This document shows positions 61,529-64,000 of a DNA stretch of 64,000 nt, one piece after another. The notes under the pieces are model-generated. The model made no database searches, was not told the DNA's origin, and saw nothing but the letters and a program-made list of their open reading frames with translations. This DNA comes from Coleofasciculus chthonoplastes F2-STO-03 (GTDB lineage Bacteria > Cyanobacteriota > Cyanobacteriia > Cyanobacteriales > Coleofasciculaceae): the NCBI GenBank assembly GCA_040222015.1, contig JAVJWO010000165.1, positions 28,712 through 92,711 on the forward strand, read 5' to 3'. Position 1 is the stretch's first letter. Every line of letters begins with the position of its first letter. The translations under genes and the position numbers were made by a program.

Positions 61529-62932
61529 TCATCCCTCCTGTTTTTCCAAGAAAGCCGCGCACTCAACATGGGGTGTTTGGCTAAAGAAGTCTGCTGGTTG
61601 AACGTGGGTTAATTGGTAGCCGCCCAGATGACAGAGGCGTTTAAGATCCCGTGCTAGGGTGGCTGGCTTGCAGCTAATGTAGACAATGCGTTGAGGTAGA
61701 ACTGAAAGCAAGGTTTCAATCACTTGAGGATTGCAGCCCTGGCGTGGCGGGTCAAGTAATACGATATCTGGTGTGATCCCCAGTTGCGGCAGCACGGTTT
61801 CTACAGTTCCTGTTTCAAACTTGACATTGGTAATCCCATTAATCTGGGCATTGATTTGGGCTTGCTCCACGGCTGTCCCTTGCACTTCGATCCCCAATGC
61901 CTGATGTACCTGTTTAGCTAAGGGTAGGGTGAATGTGCCAATGCCACAATAGGCATCGACGAGAGATTCAGTGCCTTGGAGTGCCAGCTTTTGCCGAATG
62001 ACATTGAACAAGGCTTCTGCGGCTTCGGTGTTGACTTGGAAAAAGGTATCGGGTCTTAATTGGAACTCTAAATCCGCGAATATCTCCCGCAGATACGGTT
62101 GACCTAGGACATGGGTTTGATCACCGAAAATGACATTGGTACGGTGGGGATTCACATTCACACAAACACCCACCAGGTTAGGATAGCGATCCAGCCAGGT
62201 TTGAGCTTGCGTTTCCAGATTGGTTAAATTGGCATCAGTTGTGACTAAGGTTAAAAGCATTTCCCCGGTTCGGCGTCCAATTCGCAGTGACAGGTGACGC
62301 AATCGCCCTTGATGACGGCGTTCATTGTAGATTGACCAACCTTGTTGCTGAATATCCTGCTTGATTTGGGCTAACAGGGGATTTAAGCGATCATCTTGAA
62401 CGGGGCATTGATTCAGGTTAATTAGCTGATGCGTCCCTTTCTGGTAATACCCAGCTTGAACTTGACCCGAAGACGATCGCCGCATCGGATAGGTGGCTTT
62501 GTTCCGGTAAGCTAGGGGAGAGTCAGCGCTTAAAATCGGGGCAATCTCGATTGAGGTGAAGCCGCCGATACGAGTTAAGGCTTGCTCTATCAGATTTTCT
62601 TTGACTGATCGCTGATACTGGGGATCAATATGCTGCCACTGACAACCGCCACATTTATCTGCCACGATGCAGTGGGGGCGAATGCGATGGGGAGAGGGTT
62701 CGAGAAGTTGATCCAGTTTCGCGATCGCGTAATTGGGTTTGACGCGCACCAGTCTGACTCGGACATGATCCCCAGTCACTGTATTGGGGACAAAAACCAC
62801 GCGATTCCCCAACCGTCCGACACCATCACCACGATCATTTAGGTCTGCGATCGTCAGTTCCAGCAGTTGACCTTGTTGCCACTGATCAGGGGAAACAGGG
62901 GGACGAGGGGGCGAGGAGACAGAGTGATCCAT
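61529..62932 (-). CDS. rlmD: 23S rRNA m5U1939 methyltransferase
   Basis: TRAM domain, CGGCQWQH, FFQVN, DAYCGIG, LDPPR.G, YISC.PATLARD. Confidence 0.93.
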   Translation of the reverse strand: MDHSVSSPPRPPVSPDQWQQGQLLELTIADLNDRGDGVGRLGNRVVFVPNTVTGDHVRVRLVRVKPNYAIAKLDQLLEPSPHRIRPHCIVADKCGGCQWQHIDPQYQRSVKENLIEQALTRIGGFTSIEIAPILSADSPLAYRNKATYPMRRSSSGQVQAGYYQKGTHQLINLNQCPVQDDRLNPLLAQIKQDIQQQGWSIYNERRHQGRLRHLSLRIGRRTGEMLLTLVTTDANLTNLETQAQTWLDRYPNLVGVCVNVNPHRTNVIFGDQTHVLGQPYLREIFADLEFQLRPDTFFQVNTEAAEALFNVIRQKLALQGTESLVDAYCGIGTFTLPLAKQVHQALGIEVQGTAVEQAQINAQINGITNVKFETGTVETVLPQLGITPDIVLLDPPRQGCNPQVIETLLSVLPQRIVYISCKPATLARDLKRLCHLGGYQLTHVQPADFFSQTPHVECAAFLEKQEG

Positions 62933-63259
62933 AAAAATACAATGTAGATGTGTGATCAAAGGTATTGCCAGATTGTTACAAAAGAGGCGTATACAAAAAA
63001 GGCATATAAGGGATGGCTAAGAAGGGCGGGTTTTGTTGTTCAGTTATCGGCTTGGTGAATTAGCATTAGTCCCTAAACCCGCCCCTACACTTGACTTTTT
63101 GCTTCTTGCGACTGCTAACTTTGGTTACTGCACCTGGCGTACCTCCGCACCCCTACACCTTCGCACTGCGTCTCAACCGAAAACTTTTCGCTCGACTGAC
63201 TTTATTTGTTGTAGCTTGAGTCGCTAAACTACAAATGTTATCTAAGTTAACCCAATAAG

Positions 63260-63745
63260 ATGAGCGTAGTTAGCCAAGTTATCCTCAAAGCCGACGACGA
63301 GCTGCGGTATCCCAGCTCCGGTGAACTGATGGGTATTAAAGCCTTTTTGCAGACGGGTGAGCAACGGATGCGTATCGCTTCCACCCTAGCAGAAAATGAA
63401 AAGAAGATTGTCCAGGAAGCCAGTAAGCAGCTATGGCAAAAGCGTCCTGACTTTATCTCACCCGGAGGCAATGCTTATGGGGAACGCCAGCGATCGCTAT
63501 GCCTACGGGACTACGGCTGGTATTTGCGATTGATTACCTATGGTGTTCTGGCTGGAGGCAAGGAACCGATTGAAAAAATTGGTTTGATTGGGGTCAAGGA
63601 GATGTATAACTCTCTTGGTGTTCCCGTCGCCGGAATGGTTGAATCGATTCGTTGCCTCAAAAATGCCTCCTTGGAGTTGCTGAGTCAGGAAGATGCCATG
63701 GAAGCGGCTCCTTATTTTGATTACATAATTCAATCGATGTCCTGA
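63260..63745 (+). CDS. apcD: Allophycocyanin-B alpha subunit
   Basis: [37 protein letters not shown]. Confidence 0.95.
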   Translation: MSVVSQVILKADDELRYPSSGELMGIKAFLQTGEQRMRIASTLAENEKKIVQEASKQLWQKRPDFISPGGNAYGERQRSLCLRDYGWYLRLITYGVLAGGKEPIEKIGLIGVKEMYNSLGVPVAGMVESIRCLKNASLELLSQEDAMEAAPYFDYIIQSMS

Positions 63746-64000
63746 CTCGATACAACATTACTTGGTCATCAGGTCACCTTTGGATTGGTGATTCGGGATT
63801 CGGGATTCGGGATGGGGAAGCCTTTTGCTCATAAGTATAGATTCCCAAATTTCCCAATCACCACCCGAATCGCGAGGGGCTACCCCTTCAACGAAGTAAG
63901 GGGTAGGGGGATAGCGGAAAATGCGAGGGGTCAATCCCCGAAGTATTTTCAATCTCTCTCTTTCTATCTATCTATCCCATGTGGTGGTATAGTTTAGCCA

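Overview
Cyanobacterial chromosomal window, with many HIP1 GCGATCGC sites, heptamer STRRs and small repeats typical of filamentous taxa. Housekeeping genes: hemC, bioF, sufR-sufBCD-sufS, asnS, pmgA, rlmD, apcD. Accessory content: a LlaJI/McrBC-like restriction pair, a direct-repeat-flanked island with a nonsense-broken dynamin-like gene, an iron-uptake cluster, a single-module NRPS-PKS hybrid and an orphan HEARO/omega-RNA. The main item is a fragmented accessory tRNA array (19.47-29.04 kb, about 21 tRNA genes or remnants) with an rrn-like promoter/BoxA leader and TGTAGTAT operators. It carries a macrodomain gene, a NADAR gene, a DIP1984-like coiled-coil gene and three unannotated structured RNAs. 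The first is a ~240-nt RNA (27311-27546) containing both a sarcin-ricin loop and a covarying copy of the 23S GTPase-associated centre, i.e. an apparent mimic of the ribosomal factor-binding site. The second is a ~280-nt RNA with an embedded tRNA-like fold and about 12 heptamer repeats. The third is a multi-hairpin RNA interrupted by a MITE. All calls come from reading the sequence by eye; no searches or folding programs were run.
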